Source: Takakia lepidozioides
Taxonomy: Eukaryota; Plantae; Bryophyta
Direction of reading: 5' to 3'
NCBI GenBank assembly: GCA_030704615.1
Contig: CM060732.1
Location: 27,280,001-27,344,000, forward strand
Length of the DNA: 64,000 nt
Part shown: in pieces, positions 26,359 to 38,420 of the stretch
How positions within the stretch are numbered: the first letter of the stretch is position 1
How the letters are laid out: each line of letters starts with the position of its first letter
Position numbers and translations under genes: made by a program
The notes under the pieces: model-generated
Databases searched by the model: none
The model's input: the letters and a program-made list of their open reading frames with translations, nothing else
What the model was told of the DNA's origin: nothing

Positions 26359-28541
26359 GTAAACCCTAAACCCCACTCTTTTGTAAACCCTAAACCTGTA
26401 ACCTTAAACCCTAAACCCAAAGACTTGGGGATTATAGAGATTCGCTTTGTTGCATCTTGTGTTCTTGTCTCTTTGTCTCATTGGCGTTGTTGTTGTTGTT
26501 GAGTTTTAGATTTGATCTTCTGCATAGTTCATTGCATTCATTTGCTTTGTGTCTATTGTAGTGAATGTTTTAAACTCCTTTTCGAGTGTTGCATGTTAGA
26601 TCTCCTTCTAAGACTGTTCTTTAGTGTATTTATTCTCTTACTTAGAGATAGGTTACTATTTTCCTGTCCTTGCAGTGAATTAGTTTCATCCCACACATTT
26701 GCCTCTTGCATATCTTTGCATTCGCACTTTAGAACATTGCAACATCACTCCCACTCAGTTCTATTCTAGTTTTCTGTGTCTCATGATTGATTCTTTTAGT
26801 TTTGATTCGCACGCTAGATATTTCTATAAGTTTTCTAAGGTGTCCATAACTGGCCCCCCCTAAAAACTTGTTTGCACTTTGTTATTAATGCACACCCGGT
26901 GCATTCGCGGTTCGAACTCTGTTGCACTGTTACATGTATTTGTTTCCATTCTTTTGTAAACCCTAAACCCTAAACTCCCTTTCGAGTAGCACATGTGAGA
27001 TCTGCATCTAAGTTGTTCCTAGTGTGTCCATTCTCTTGCAAAACAGAGATAGGGTTCTATTCTCCTGTGCATCCAGTGAAATAGTTCTCATACGCACATT
27101 TGCCTCTTGCATAGGTTTGCAGTTGCATTTTAGGACACCTCGCATATTTCTATTCTACTTTCATGTCTCTTAGGATCTTTCCTTTCAGGTTTGATTCACA
27201 GGATCTGAAATTTTTCCAGGGGTGCATAATTGGCCCCCCTAAAACTTGTTTGCCCGGATTGTGTTTATCTTGCACCCGGTGCATCCGCGTTGTAGTGCTA
27301 CACTTGTTTGACACTTTATGTAAACCCTAAACCTAAACCCTAAACTTCGTTATGGGTGTGTGATTAATATTCAACTTTCATAACTCTTCATAACTCTTCA
27401 TAACTACAATTTTAAATTAATAAGTGAAGTCGATATAGATGATTATTATGAATGCTAGTAAATAATGGAGTTGGTGAGTGTCATCATTAATGTAACCAAC
27501 ACTACTGATCAGTAATACAATTTTGTTTGATTTGTAATAAACAATGACAACCTATATATTTTGTCGGTTTCTGTATATTTGGTCAACACAGTTTGTAGTA
27601 ATGAATGTTACATGTGGTTGGTGTGATTTTAGTTTTCATAAGTATTTACAACCACTACTTATTATATTATAACTTAGAAGTTTGATTTATATGTTTATTT
27701 AATAGTATTATCTTAAAGAGTATATATAGGTATGTTAACTTCACAACGAACTCACAACTTCTATAGTCTTTCACCGTCTTCCATTTTGTTGCTTTCAATC
27801 TGTTATAGTCTTTCAGAGTGTTTCACAATCTTTTAGAATTTTCCAGTCTCTCATGATCTTGCTTATCCTCTTTCAACATTTCTGTTCATCTTTCGTAGTT
27901 TTTGACAAGGTCGCCTATAATCAGACTCTCTTAATTGATTACAGCAGAAAGAAAAAATAGATTGAAATACTTAGAATCAGATGTTACATGTTTAAGAGTA
28001 GTGTGTAGTTACAAATGAATAACTTTTTGTATAAAAGTTAAATTTTGAATAACTTTTGATTATTTTTAATAGTAAATGTGTCGATTTAATTCATAAAGTA
28101 ATATAACTTTTAATACAACTTTTAATAATTCTAATTTAGAGGATGACTAAAAAGATGAAAACCAAAAATAACTAAAAATATTATTAAAATATAAAAGATA
28201 AACAATTAAATCTTTTATTGCTATATGCAACTCGTTCTTCCACTTAAGTCTAGAAGTGGTCTCTCCTGCTGCTCTCATTCTCTCGTTCACTGATCTCACT
28301 CACTCTCATTCCTTCTTATCTTTCAACTCTTTGGCTCCCACCAAGATGGGATAGGAGGATGTATCTCAGATGGGAGGCCCTAATGGGAGGGGGCGGCAAA
28401 CTTTTTTTTGTGTAGCAGACGCAAAAAACACAAAAGGGATGAGTTGAGGTTGTTGGTACAAGACGGGAATTGGATTCGAGATCACAGAATTGCGCACGGA
28501 CAAGAGAGGATACCACTTCCTTATTTGCCTTGTTGTTTGGA

Positions 28542-28773
28542 ATGGAGACCCTGCATGTGTATTTGAAGAAAACCTTCAGTGACAAAGAGCAGTTAGACCT
28601 AACATTACTATTTCTCAAGTCCGAGGGAGTGCCGGAGACAGTTCTAGAGGCACCTTTGACTGACACAGTACGAAGAGGTCTGAGCGAGCTTGATCTTCCC
28701 GCCCGTTGGACTAATTACCACCGGGCTCTCTACAAGGGCTTGTGTCGTGTGACAGCAGCTTCCTCTTCCGCAG
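28542..28773 (+). CDS. CR-like gene 2, N-terminal header exon (unrelated to headers 1 and 3)
   Basis: METLHVYLKKTFSDKEQL...VTAASSSA then phase-1 donor GCAG|GTGCA; candidate 27-nt phase 1-1 mini-exon at 28872-28898. Confidence 0.5.
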
Positions 28774-28949
28774 GTGCAACTTCACCTTACCTTGAACTTG
28801 AATTGTAATTTTGTATTATTTCGGGGTTTGCAAGTGTTTCAAGCTTTGAAAACTTTCACTACTACGTTTAGGGGGGGTTAGCGACGCCGGGACCCCGGGT
28901 GAGCCGGACGTGCCGACCCCCTGCGACGCAAGAACCACAACAGTGACAG

Positions 28950-31900
28950 CCTTAAAGGACTCAGATTCAAGATTGGATTGGATTGTAAGGAATCTCTGCA
29001 TTTCAGTATGGTCTGTGATTGACCCTCATGCTTTTCTATACCTTCTCTCTTGCTTTTGTTGCTTTTCTTTGTTTTTCTGTCTTGAGTTCGAGTAGTGCAA
29101 GCAGTCAATGAACAGAAGGTCAAGTGCTTAGGGTTTGCAAATAATTTATTTATTCCATAGGATGGAATCTGCTCAGATTCAAGATAGAACAACAATAGAA
29201 CAATAGTGGAAAGAAAAGGGACAATTCTTCATGATTAGTTTGTTTCTTAGCTATGGCTAGTGTTAGGGTAGTGACGTGCGGTTAACGATCTCCCTTTGAA
29301 GGTGGGGTTACTTTATTTTCATACTTGCCCTCTAGACCCCCGATGACAATGCAAATCAATAATTCTATTGCCGTCGCAAGTGTTACCGCAGCACTATAGT
29401 TCATTGCTGCATGTTAGCCTCACCTTACCGTGGGCCCAGGTTATGTAGATTCTTGGCACCTTGACTTCAGAATCTTTGCTTGATTATGACCTGTTGTTCT
29501 ACGAGCCCACATACTCATGCAGGTATGCTTTAGGACCGTGTAGGCGAGATTCTTCCGGAGCTGTTAGGGTTTCGTGCTAAAATGTGTTTTGCCAGCTCTT
29601 TGAATGTCTAAGTTTTCCAGACTTAAAGGACTATTGTTTTGTTAAGGTCGGTCAGATTGCGGCAGATGAGGGCAGGTTTAAAGTGTTCTGCGTTCTTGTC
29701 TTCTTTTCTCTTCGGTGTGTTACGTTTTCCCAGTCTATATACATTGGCTGTCACTGTTGTGGTTCTTGCCAAGATCCAGGTAGGGTACATGTATTGGTTG
29801 TGCAATTGTTGGTGTTATGATGATTGGCTGTAAGGCCAACCAGAATCTTTTGTCATTACGGCCATGGTGGGTTAAGTTTATGTCACTGTACAACTTCTCC
29901 CAGTAAAGCCTCTTCTGATCCCTTACAAGCTGATTGACCTCTTTACGCAGTTGGTAGTATCTAGACCAGAGTCCTTATAGAGCGCCTGCCTCTCAGCAAT
30001 CTTGAGCTTGATCTCATGGGTCCACCAATTTACTGCTCTACCACAGATAATTAGTTTCCTTCCATGACTCGGGTTAGGGTTTCAAATCTTCATCTGATTT
30101 TTGTTACGTCTCTTGCTTCTTGGTTGAACGGTGTTGTGTCTGTCTTCGCAGCCTACTTTCTGTGTGGGATTGTTGGTTATGGAAACCATGGTTGATGGTT
30201 TAGGGTGTCAGATAGTGCGTCAAGGAGGGAATCTGGTGAGTGTAAGTTTGTAGGGTTTGCTACCAATGTGTGAAGAATGAGTTTCTGTTCTCTCTTCAGT
30301 ACTTTGATGCATGTGACCTGTGAATCAGTAGTGTCGTTCAAACCTTTACGATTTCTTGAGTACCATCTTCAGAGGATAGAAAGCTCTAGCCAAAATTGTG
30401 CGCATGTTTTGAGCCGTTAATTGGTCGATGACAGAATGTGGTTGTTGGTGACCTTTGTGAGTTAACCAAAACCGGCTTGGCTGCAGAACCTTCTGTGACA
30501 GTGTTCACCCATTAGCTAGGGTGTCAGATAGTGCATCATGGAGAGAGTCTGGTGAATGTCGATGGGTTGCCTAGGGCAGTCTGAGCCCGTTTGTTTTTAT
30601 GTCTGCAATTCTGATTGTGGGCAGGCACATTTGAATTCTTGCAAGACAATTGCAATTTTTTTGGTTTCTTGGCTGCGTTGTGCACTCAGGGTTTCAACAG
30701 CTTCTCCCAATCCCGTGTGTGATCCTGTGATTCATTCGATAGATCCATGTTAACAAGTAAAATATGAGGAGGGTCCTTTGGCTCTCCCTAGAATCTACAG
30801 CACCTTCTACCTCCCTCCTTGTATCACCATGGGCAAGAGGAGAGATCTTGAAGTGACTGTTGAAATCTTGTTTTGTTTTTACAAGCACCTGATCCTTGTG
30901 GTGGTCTGAGTTTCTTAGGGCTCTGCAGCCTGAGTTTACTGATAGTGAGGTTCAAGTACTTAGAGTTTGTCGTCACCAGATCATTTGCTCCTTTTGAAGA
31001 GGAAATGATAATATTAGTTATGACCTCAGAATCCTTGGGATTATGATCTCAAATGCCCATTAGCAGCATATTATTTGTATGTGGAATTCTGGTTACCGAC
31101 ACACTCATTTTGGAGTAAGGGTTTTCACAAGGATTATATGCATTGCACTGCTTCTTGGAAATGTCTGGCCGTGAACCTTTGTGGGCACTTTTCGTGCGAG
31201 GTCAGAGGGCAAGCCCTTCTGAATCTCTTGAAGCGCAGTTGTCGGTCAGATTGCGGCAGATGATGGCAGGTTTGAAGTGTTGTGTGGCCTGAAACCCTAA
31301 CTCTAAACCGTCATTTTGGTAGTTCACTTGTGAGTGATTGCCGTCCTTGCATCCACTTCTATTTTTATTGTGAGGGAGAGGGAGCCTTCCTTTGTGTCTC
31401 TGGAGCTCTCTTGGATTTTTTGCATCCACAACCATAACCGTAACAGTTTTGGACGGGCTCAATGGCATCCCAAGAGTATGTACAGGGTTCCTGTTTCAAA
31501 TCTTCATCTGATTTTTGTTACGTCTCTTGCTTCTTGGTTGAACGGTGTTGTGTCTGTCTTCGCAGCCTACTTTCTTTGTTGGGATCGTTGGTTATGGAAG
31601 CCATGGTTGATGGTTTAGGGTGTCAGATAGTGCGTCAAGGAGGGAGTCTGGTGAGTGTAAGTCTGTAGGGTTTGCTACCAATGTGTGAAGAATGAGTTTC
31701 TGTTCTCTCTTCAGTACTTTGATGCACGTGACCTGCGAATCAGTAGTGTTGTTCAAACCTTTACGATTTCTTGAGTACCATCTTCAGAGGATAGAAAGCT
31801 CTAGCCGAAATTGTGCGCATGTTTTGAGCTGTTAATTGGTCAATGACAGAATGTGGTTGTTGGTGACTTATGTGAGTTAACCAAAACCGCCTTGGCTGCA

Positions 31901-33877
31901 AAACCTTCTGCATTGCACTGCTTCTTGGAAATGTCTGGCCATGAACCTTTGTGGGCACTTTTCGTGCGAGGCAAGCCCTTCTGAATCTCTTGAAGCGCAG
32001 TGGTCGGTCAGATTGCGGCAGATGATGGCAGGTTTAAAGTGTTGTGTGGCCTGAAACCCTAACTCTAAACCGTCATTTTGGTAGTTCACTTGTGAGTGAT
32101 TGCCGTCCTTGCATCCACTTCTATTTTACTGTGAGGGAGAGGGAGCCTTCCTTTGTGTCTCTGGAGCTCTCTTGGATTTTTTGCATCCACAACCATAACC
32201 GTAACAGTTTTGGACAGGCTCAATGGCATCCCAAGAGTATGTACAGGGTTCGGGTTTCAAATCTTCATCTGATTTTTGTTACGTCTCTTGCTTCTTGGTT
32301 GAACGGTGTTGTGTCTGTCTTCGCAGCCTACTTTCTGTGTGGGATTGTTGGTTATGGAAACCATGGTTGATGGTTTAGGGTGTCAGATAGTGCGTCAAGG
32401 AGGGAATCTGGTGAGTGTAAGTTTGTAGGGTTTGCTACCAATGTGTGAAGAATGAGTTTCTGTTCTCTCTTCAGTACTTTGATGCACGTGACCTGCGAAT
32501 CAGTAGTGTTGTTCAAACCTTTACGATTTCTTGAGTACCATCTTCAGAGGATAGAAAGCTCTAGCCGAAATTGTGCGCATGTTTTGAGCTGTTAATTGGT
32601 CGATGACAGAATGTGGTTGTTGGTGACTTATGTGAGTTAACCAAAACCGCCTTGGCTGCAAAACCTTCTGTGGCAGTGTTCACCCATTAGCTAGGGTGTC
32701 AGATAGTGCGTCATGGAGAGAGTCTGGTGAATGTCGATGGGTTGCCTAGGGCAGTCTGAGCCCGTTTGTTTTTATGTCTGCAATTCTGATGATGGGCAGG
32801 CACATTTGAATTCTTGATGGGCAGTTGATTGTTGAACCCGCTGCAGTTGCTGATTTGTTCGATGATTCGTTCAATGCGTAGCATGGAGTCAAGTGTTTGC
32901 AATTTTTTGGTTTCTTGGCTGCGTTGTGCACTCGGGGTTTCAACAGCTTCTCCCAATCCCGTGTGTGATCCTGTGTACGGTTGATACACGCAGTTTATTC
33001 ATTCGATAGATCCATGTTAACAAGTAAAATGTGAGGAGGGTCCTTTGAAAGACACGGTTGTTTGTTATTTATATGTGGAATTGTGGTTGAGCACTACATG
33101 ATAGATGCAACTCAACAACATGGGTTGGTCACATACATCTGTTGTGGGGATACTTCTCAAAGATTTTGTAGCACCTACAACAGGTAGCAGGGTTTTGCTT
33201 TTCTTCCTGCTTTTGTTGCTTTTCTTTGTTTTTCTGTCTTGAGTTCGAGTAGTTTAAGCAGTCAAGCGATTCCTTGGACCCAGGATGCTCCTTCAACAAC
33301 AGACACATGTAAAGGCAGTGGTAAACCCTTCTCCCTGTCATCGGGGTTTTGTCATCGGGATAATTTAGGTTTTCCTGTGGCGGTCTGAGTTTCTTAGGGC
33401 TCTGCGGCCTGAGTTTGCTAATAGTGAGGTTTAAGTACTTAGGGTTTGTTGTCACCAGATCGTTTCAAGGTTATTGAAAGCTTTGCAAACTTTGTGAAGG
33501 CAGGCAGAAGCTCCACTTGCCTTCACTCCATAAATTTTTGCAAGGCTTTCGTAGCAAGGGTTGTAGGGTATGTCTTCTTGTACTTACTGGAGCTGTTTGT
33601 CCCGTAGGTTATGTTTACTCCCGCAGGGTCCCCTAAATCCCCAACGTCCCGTTTGGTGTAATTCAGAGGTTGTGTAGATTCTTGGCACCTAGGTTGCTGA
33701 TGCTGGGATCTTTTCTTGATTCTTTTCATAACTAGGGTTTGTTTGATGCGTGGCTGCAAATATGAGTAGTATCGTTCAAACCCCTCATTTCTCGTGAGTG
33801 CCTAGGGTTGTCTTTATTTGTTGCATCGAGTATTTGTGGAGTTCTTGATACTTAGGTTTTGTTTCTGGAGTTTGTCT
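28950..33877. repeat. Intronic mosaic with tandemly amplified blocks
   Basis: The core block occurs three times (partially at 30075-30500, and at 31070-31910 and 31910-32670) and matches 5255-7240 and 19553-21112. Confidence 0.85.
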
Positions 33878-36800
33878 GGACAATGATTAGCTAGAGTAAC
33901 GAGTTGCCTTGTGGTGGTTTGAGATTCTCAGGGTCCTGTGGCCTGAGTTTGCTGATAGTGAGGGGTTCGTTTGTCACCGGATCATGGTAACTTCTGCCTT
34001 GATATTCTGGTAGTTGACTGTCATTTTGGTCGTTCACTTGTGAGTGCTTGCCGTCCTTGCATCCACTTCTATTGTTATTCTGAGTCATTTTGTTGCTGTT
34101 GTTTGTGATACATCTCAAGCAGGTTATCGCAAAGATCGTTCCGAAGCTTGGATCAGGCACATGCTGCTCCCACAGCTACCTGAGCTCCCCCAAAATAAGG
34201 CCGGTCTTGAAAAGGTATTGTTCCCTGAGCAGCATCGGAAGCTTCCTGTAACGCCGCAGACCTATGAGTATGTATCAGCAACAATGCCCGAGTTGGCGGC
34301 GAATGTTTTAATCGAGACAGATGGTTCAAGACTTCCTTGTTTAGTGTGAGCCTTCCTATCGCGCCAACTTGAGGAGATAGTCACCGAGATACAAACATCG
34401 TTCCTCGTTGCATGCGGCGGCTTGCAAGAGTTCTTTGGCGTTTTCAAGCAATATGTGGCCGGTTTTAAGGTCACGTTTTCATTCAATTCTACTGACAGGG
34501 CGCGGTACAGTTTCTCCCAAACTACTGCACACAGGACAAGGCCTGATACGATTGGCATAGCCTTTGGATGCACCTTCCTAGTAGGTGAAGACAAGGTTGG
34601 CAACTTGCATGCAGCTGAAGGCGATCTTCGTTCTAAGATGAGGTCGCTTAATCCGATGTTTTATGGGGAATTGAAATTTATTCTAGGCTACATAGCAGCA
34701 GGCACTGAATTTCAGTGGGTGTATATCGGCAGGAGAGGTCCAAAGGAGTTGTATCCAGTGGGTCGACGTCTTAACCTATCAGATATTTCTGATCGCTGCC
34801 ATTTTTTACTCGGCGTAGGCTATGCCTTCCAGCTAATGAAGAAAATGCATGACTCTGTTCCGGTAGTCCCAGGTCGCCGTGCCATGTTTTCTATGGAAAA
34901 GTCACCGGATGGAAGGAGGAGTATTTACTTTTATGATGACAAAGTGGCGAAGCACATTAGAGACTTTTCTAGTTATAGTGCTGACCAGGGGACGGATATT
35001 ACCGTGATAAAGAGGGCTTATGTTGCTGCGAGAACATGTAAGTTTCTGCCGCAGATGGTGGCATTGCCTGTCGAAACTGCTCATGGATCCTACAGAGTTG
35101 AGTTTGGTCCTCTTGGATACCAATGCAGATTGGAGTCTGAAGAGGAATGCAGGTGGATGGCTCAGTGTGTCTGCCGAGCCTTATGTATCCTCCACAGTGC
35201 GGGCCTGGTGCACAGGGATATCCGACTCCCAAATATTGTGCGCCTTTCAGATACAGATTTCATGCTCATCGACCTCGAATCTGTAGCAGATTTTCCTTTC
35301 AAATTGTTTGATGGATTTCAGCCTTTCTCAGCCTGGTCTCCGGAGATGTGTGAGGGCAACCAGTATACGCCCTTTTCAGACATGTATAGTGTTGGCAAAC
35401 TCCTGGATGAGTATATCCCCGTTGCAAGGACAGCACATGCTGAAGACTTTATAAGGAAGCTCACTGACAAACAACTCAGTTCATTACAGGCATTACAACA
35501 TCCTTGGCTATCAGAGCTCATGCTGTGGGTTTATCCTAATTCATCTCTCATTTTGTGACCTTGATGTTTGCTGATGTTTGCTGATGTTTGTGCAAGTTGG
35601 TAAAACCTTGTCCTTAGTTGCTACATGTTTGAGGCTCAGCTCTTAAATCTGCAATTGGATTCTCTTTAACCTATATTCTCTGATTGACCTTTTGTACACT
35701 GTTTAATGGCACCTCCAGTTTTTCACATAATTCTAGATGATCTAATCAAATAGACTAAAAAGAATGAGAGGTAATTGTTGCTGGCCAAATGAGAGGGAAT
35801 CCCAGAAAACTGGAGCTGTTGGAATTCATTCTGATTGCACTGTAATTCTTGGTAAAAGGCGAAAGAGTTGTCTGCTCTGAGCTGGGCATCCCGCTTATTT
35901 GGTCTGCGGTTCTTGCTTAAGCTTGTAGCAAAGTGGTTGTCTAATATGTTGGATGTGTCGTTTGCAGGAGTTTTGACTCGAGGCGGTGGAAGCGACTGTT
36001 GATGCACTTGCTGCTGTGCACTTTTTCATGGGGACATTCGATGCCCTAATATCTTGGTTGATTTTAGGGGGCATTAAGGTGTTTGTTTGATCGATTTTGG
36101 TATTTCACGACCCATCACCAGTACTGAAGATCGCAAGAGGGAGTGTGTGCAACTGGAAGTCATGTTGGAACATGTGCAGAAACTCGGCGATCTTGCTCAT
36201 AGGGAGGGCATCCCTGCTGGGCGTGTACACTGAATATTGATATGTGCAGAATGTTGCTACGAAGAACTTAGTTCTTGGAGACAAGTGTTGCTGGTTTTAT
36301 TTTTGGAAACCCATGAACCTCATTCTGCTATCATGTACTCTAGGAGAATGAACCAGAGATTCTTGTACCCAGAGTGTATAGAGGTTTTTTTGGTCAAGGT
36401 CCAATAGATCTGTACAGTGACAGCACTGTTTTTCTTAATGTTTAGGAGATGTCTTTGTTGGCCTTACTGGATTTTTTGGACTCTGCAGATAGCCTTGGCC
36501 ATGACAGCCTCAGTTAGTGACTCCATGATTTCAAATTCGAGTCAGCAATCCCTTGATGCACTCTTATCTTGTTCTCCGGCACGTCGTGTTGAATGTTGCC
36601 ATTGAGGCAGGATTTGACCTCCGCAACTGCATAGGTGGTTTCACCAATTCTGAGAACATCCCTGTTTCTGAGCTTCCCGTGTAATCGTGATTCCATGTTG
36701 AACTCACAGTTCACTCTTCAAGCTTAGCTTTCCATCAGATAACGCAGATGTGATAAAGACAACTAAAACTTCCGTTTCAGTTTTCGCTCGAGTAAACAAG

Positions 36801-37358
36801 ATATTCATTTTTGTTGATGTGTCATTATTATTCCTCGGAACAAAACAAGAAAAGAGAAAGGCACTTCATTGTATATGAAACCAGAGGCTGTTTATAGAGC
36901 AGTACTTTCAATTTGACAACAACGTTGTTTCATGCTATAAATTTCAAATGCTAAAAATTTCACTAAGTTTATGAAAAACAAAGATATTGCTTCAATGCTG
37001 AATCAAAATGGGGGGTTTAGGGTGAAGTACCCTAAACCCTAAAACTTTTGAGGACTATGGTGGTTTGTTTAGATTAAAATCTATAATGAATCAGACCACG
37101 GTTTCTTGAAACTCTAACTAGGAGGCACTAACAAGCCAACCCCTACAAGTGTCTACTTAAAGGTAATCCATCAGTCGCACCAAGATAATATTTGTAAAGG
37201 ACACTCTGAAAGATAGCCCTCTGAACTCACAAATTCGAACCCCAAAGTTCAAGACATGTGGAGAGGTTCAGAAGTTTATTGCATGTACTAACCATGCTAA
37301 GTATAAGCAGCAGTAGAATGATACAATTTCTATAATTGACCGTACAAATTTTAGGCTT
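33878..37358 (+). repeat. 3.5-kb segmental duplication, copy 2
   Basis: Near-identical to 7244-10732. Confidence 0.95.
34123..35558 (+). pseudogene. CR-like REase+kinase exon, copy 2, with nonsense mutation
   Basis: GGA>TGA at 34347-34349 relative to copy 1; otherwise near-identical protein. Confidence 0.85.
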
Positions 37359-38084
37359 TCTCATTGGACCAACAATGCCCAAGGATGTGAAACCACAATC
37401 GGGAAAAGTGAATGATGGCCCTCAAATCATGTAGAAGGAACTTAATGAAATTTAGTCTTCAACTTGACTTGGTGCAAGAGCCAGACTCCCTTAGCCTGTA
37501 AAAGTAGACAAGGGTAGAAACATAAATGAGTAGAACTGACCAAGAATTGCCAAGAGTCCCTAGAATCCTGCACCAAAAACTTGCACAATGAGTAACTAAG
37601 AGAACATGCCAAAATTAACTGCCTTGAACATTACATTCAATTTTCCAAGCTCATTCTATAGAATACCAATACCTTTTTAGCTTACTAAAAAATTGAATAT
37701 GAAACATAAACAACCACAACGAGCTCTGAGAGATCCGACCTCCAAAGCTCCAAACCAGGGCGAGGTCTACATGCAAACAAGGGCATTTAGCATAATTGTA
37801 TCACGAAGCTTGGCAAGTCATTCAAAATTGGGTGATCATTCGGTTGACCTGATCACTCTTAAATACAAGTGGTGATCGCTCAACAAATATACAAGATTAT
37901 GTAAGGATCTCCACAGCAGTACTGAAGGGACCCCAACCCTCTTTGCCCATCGTTTATTGCAGTTGCCACCTCTTGCAACCTTTCAACCTCTACCTCTTTA
38001 CTTGCCACTTTCTACCTGCTCTAACCTAAACCCTAAACCTTAACTCATTCCTTATTCTATAATGAAAAGCTAGTTTGGCAACAT

Positions 38085-38420
38085 TTTAGGGTTTAGGGTT
38101 CAGGGTTCACAGAAAGTGTCAAAACAAATGTAGCAGTACAACGTGGATGCACCGGGTGCAAAATAAACACAATCCGGGCAAACAAGTTTTTAGGGAGGCC
38201 TGTTATGCACCCCTGGAAAAATTTCAGATCCTGTGAATCAAACCTAAAAAGAGAGATCCCGAGAGACAGGAAACTAGAATAGAAGTATGTGAGGTGTCCT
38301 GAAATGCAATTGCAAACCTATGCAATAGGCAAAAGTGCGTATGAGAACTATTTCACTGGATGCACAGGAGAATATAACCCTATCTCTATTTTGTAAGAGA
38401 ATGGACACACTAGGAACAAC
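38085..38420 (-). repeat. Inverted copy of the PLE-associated repeat (27010-27345) with a TTTAGGG tract
   Basis: GGATGCACCGGGTGCAA...AATCCGGGCAAACAAGTTTT is the reverse complement of 27240-27290; TTTTAGGGTTTAGGGTT at about 38085. Confidence 0.8.

Larger units (their letters stand above)
23141..27345 (+). mobile_element. Penelope-like retroelement (apparently endonuclease-deficient) with tandem pseudo-LTR-like repeats ending in AAACCCT telomeric motifs
   Basis: RT motifs; repeats at 23141-23510, 25521-26050, 26425-26975 and 26975-27345; TAAACCCTAAAC at most repeat ends; hammerhead motif. Confidence 0.8.

Noticed and set aside
26360-27345. True telomere
   Set aside because: Only 2-4 degenerate AAACCCT units per site, all internal and tied to PLE repeats
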